A stretch of DNA of 64,000 nt, from contig JBKQRT010000001.1 of the NCBI GenBank assembly GCA_052143895.1, positions 2,907-66,906 on the forward strand, read 5' to 3'. This document shows, in pieces, positions 63,165-64,000 of the stretch. Both the position numbers and the translations under genes were made by a program. Below the pieces are notes generated by a model, which was not told the DNA's origin, ran no database searches, and was given only the letters and a program-made list of their open reading frames with translations. Within the stretch, counting starts at the first letter, position 1; each line of letters starts with the position of its first letter. The DNA comes from Acidimicrobiales bacterium (lineage in GTDB: Bacteria > Actinomycetota > Acidimicrobiia > Acidimicrobiales > RAAP-2).

Positions 63165-64000
63165 GCGGGCCCGGGCTGCCACCGGCCCAGCAGGTGGTGG
63201 AAGATGCCCTGGTCGCCGCCCGACCGGGCAGCGACCACTGTGTGGTCGTCGTCGAGGAGGCGAGCGAGGTGGACGTGCGGTTCGCCAACAACACCACCAC
63301 GACCAACGGCTCCCGGCGCGACCGGCGGGTGTCGGTGATCACCATCCGCCAGGTGGACGGAGGGATGGCGGCGGGCGTGGCCCGCCGGGGGGGCGACGTC
63401 GACGTCGGCGAGCTGGTCCGGACGGCCGAAGAGGACGCGGCCGGATCGCGCCCGGCCGACGACGCCGCGCCGCTCCTCGGCCCCGGTGACGTCGGGCCGT
63501 GGCCGGCGGTGACCAGCCGGTTCGACGAAGCCCCGGCCACCACCGACCTGTCGGTCCTGTCGGGCGTGCTGGGCGGCCTCGCCGCGGCATTCGCACGCGC
63601 CCGGGCCGGGGGCTACGTCCTGGCCGGGTTCGCCGAGCACCGCTGGACGACCCGCTACCTCGGGTCGTCGACCGGGCTGCGCCTGGGACACGCCCAACCC
63701 GACGGGGCACTCCAGCTGGTGGCCAGGTCGTCGGACGGAGCCACCTCGACCTGGGCGGGGGCCAGCATGGCGACATTCGCCGACGTGTCGGTGGAGGCGC
63801 TGGAGGAGCGCCTGCGCGACCGCCTTGGCTGGTCGGCGAACCGCTTCGACCGGCCCGCCGGCCGCTACGAGGTCGTCCTCCCCCCCGAGGCGGTGAGCGA
63901 CCTCATGATCAGCCTGGCGTTCGAGGCCGGCGGCCGCGACGCCGAGGACGGGAGGACGGTGTTCTCGGGTCCCGGCGGCGGGACACGGGTGGGCGAGCAG
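63161..64000 (+). CDS. pmbA: PmbA/TldE-family protein (partner of TldD), 3'-truncated by the window edge
   Basis: GTG 63161 overlaps the tldD stop (GTGA). VDVRFANNTTTTNG...YEVVLPPEAVSDLM. The frame stays open to the end of the window, so it is absent from the ORF track. Confidence 0.78.
   Translation, partial: MSGPGLPPAQQVVEDALVAARPGSDHCVVVVEEASEVDVRFANNTTTTNGSRRDRRVSVITIRQVDGGMAAGVARRGGDVDVGELVRTAEEDAAGSRPADDAAPLLGPGDVGPWPAVTSRFDEAPATTDLSVLSGVLGGLAAAFARARAGGYVLAGFAEHRWTTRYLGSSTGLRLGHAQPDGALQLVARSSDGATSTWAGASMATFADVSVEALEERLRDRLGWSANRFDRPAGRYEVVLPPEAVSDLMISLAFEAGGRDAEDGRTVFSGPGGGTRVGEQ

Overview
Very GC-rich, gene-dense chromosomal segment. Gene content and order suggest a core-genome region of an Actinomycetota-like organism (inference; no search was run). 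All calls come from reading the six-frame translations by eye against remembered family motifs, plus third-codon-position GC and start/stop geometry. The ORF track shows GTG and TTG starts as M. It also contains many very long spurious ORFs caused by the GC content, so most real genes are sub-segments of track ORFs.

Main blocks:
- (1) 0.5-2.6 kb: a ThpR-like 2H phosphoesterase and a PadR-ferredoxin pair.
- (2) 2.6-16.0 kb: a minus-strand purine supra-operon (purA-purD-purB-purC-purS-purQ / purL / purF-purM-pyrE). Neighbouring genes are stitched together by ATGA/GTGA overlaps. Two plus-strand genes and a 480-bp untranslated gap interrupt it.
- (3) 17.5-24.1 kb: dnaK-grpE-dnaJ-hspR-clpB as one unit, with a HAIR-like operator.
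- (4) 24.3-27.3 kb: gpmA, then amt-glnK with a GlnR-type box.
- (5) 27.5-44.9 kb: mixed membrane, sensor, redox and housekeeping genes, including dcd, tRNA-Gly(CCC), an APC permease, PPK2, an HtrA-like protease, a TIGR02206-MFS pair and an aldo-keto reductase.
- (6) 44.9-60.4 kb: the least ordinary part. It holds a HAD-GH65 fusion, an unknown secreted protein and a single-ORF ACP / fatty-acyl-AMP-ligase / PlsC-acyltransferase fusion. It also holds aidB, ftsH, a 300-bp mosaic of gene fragments (ABC ATPase, PAS-GGDEF) directly upstream of a second orphan P-II gene, and a divergent acyltransferase / alkyl-DHAP-synthase-like pair.
- (7) 60.4-64.0 kb: DUF2510, DUF167, cutA and tldD-pmbA.

No CRISPR array, rRNA, transposase or integrase was seen.
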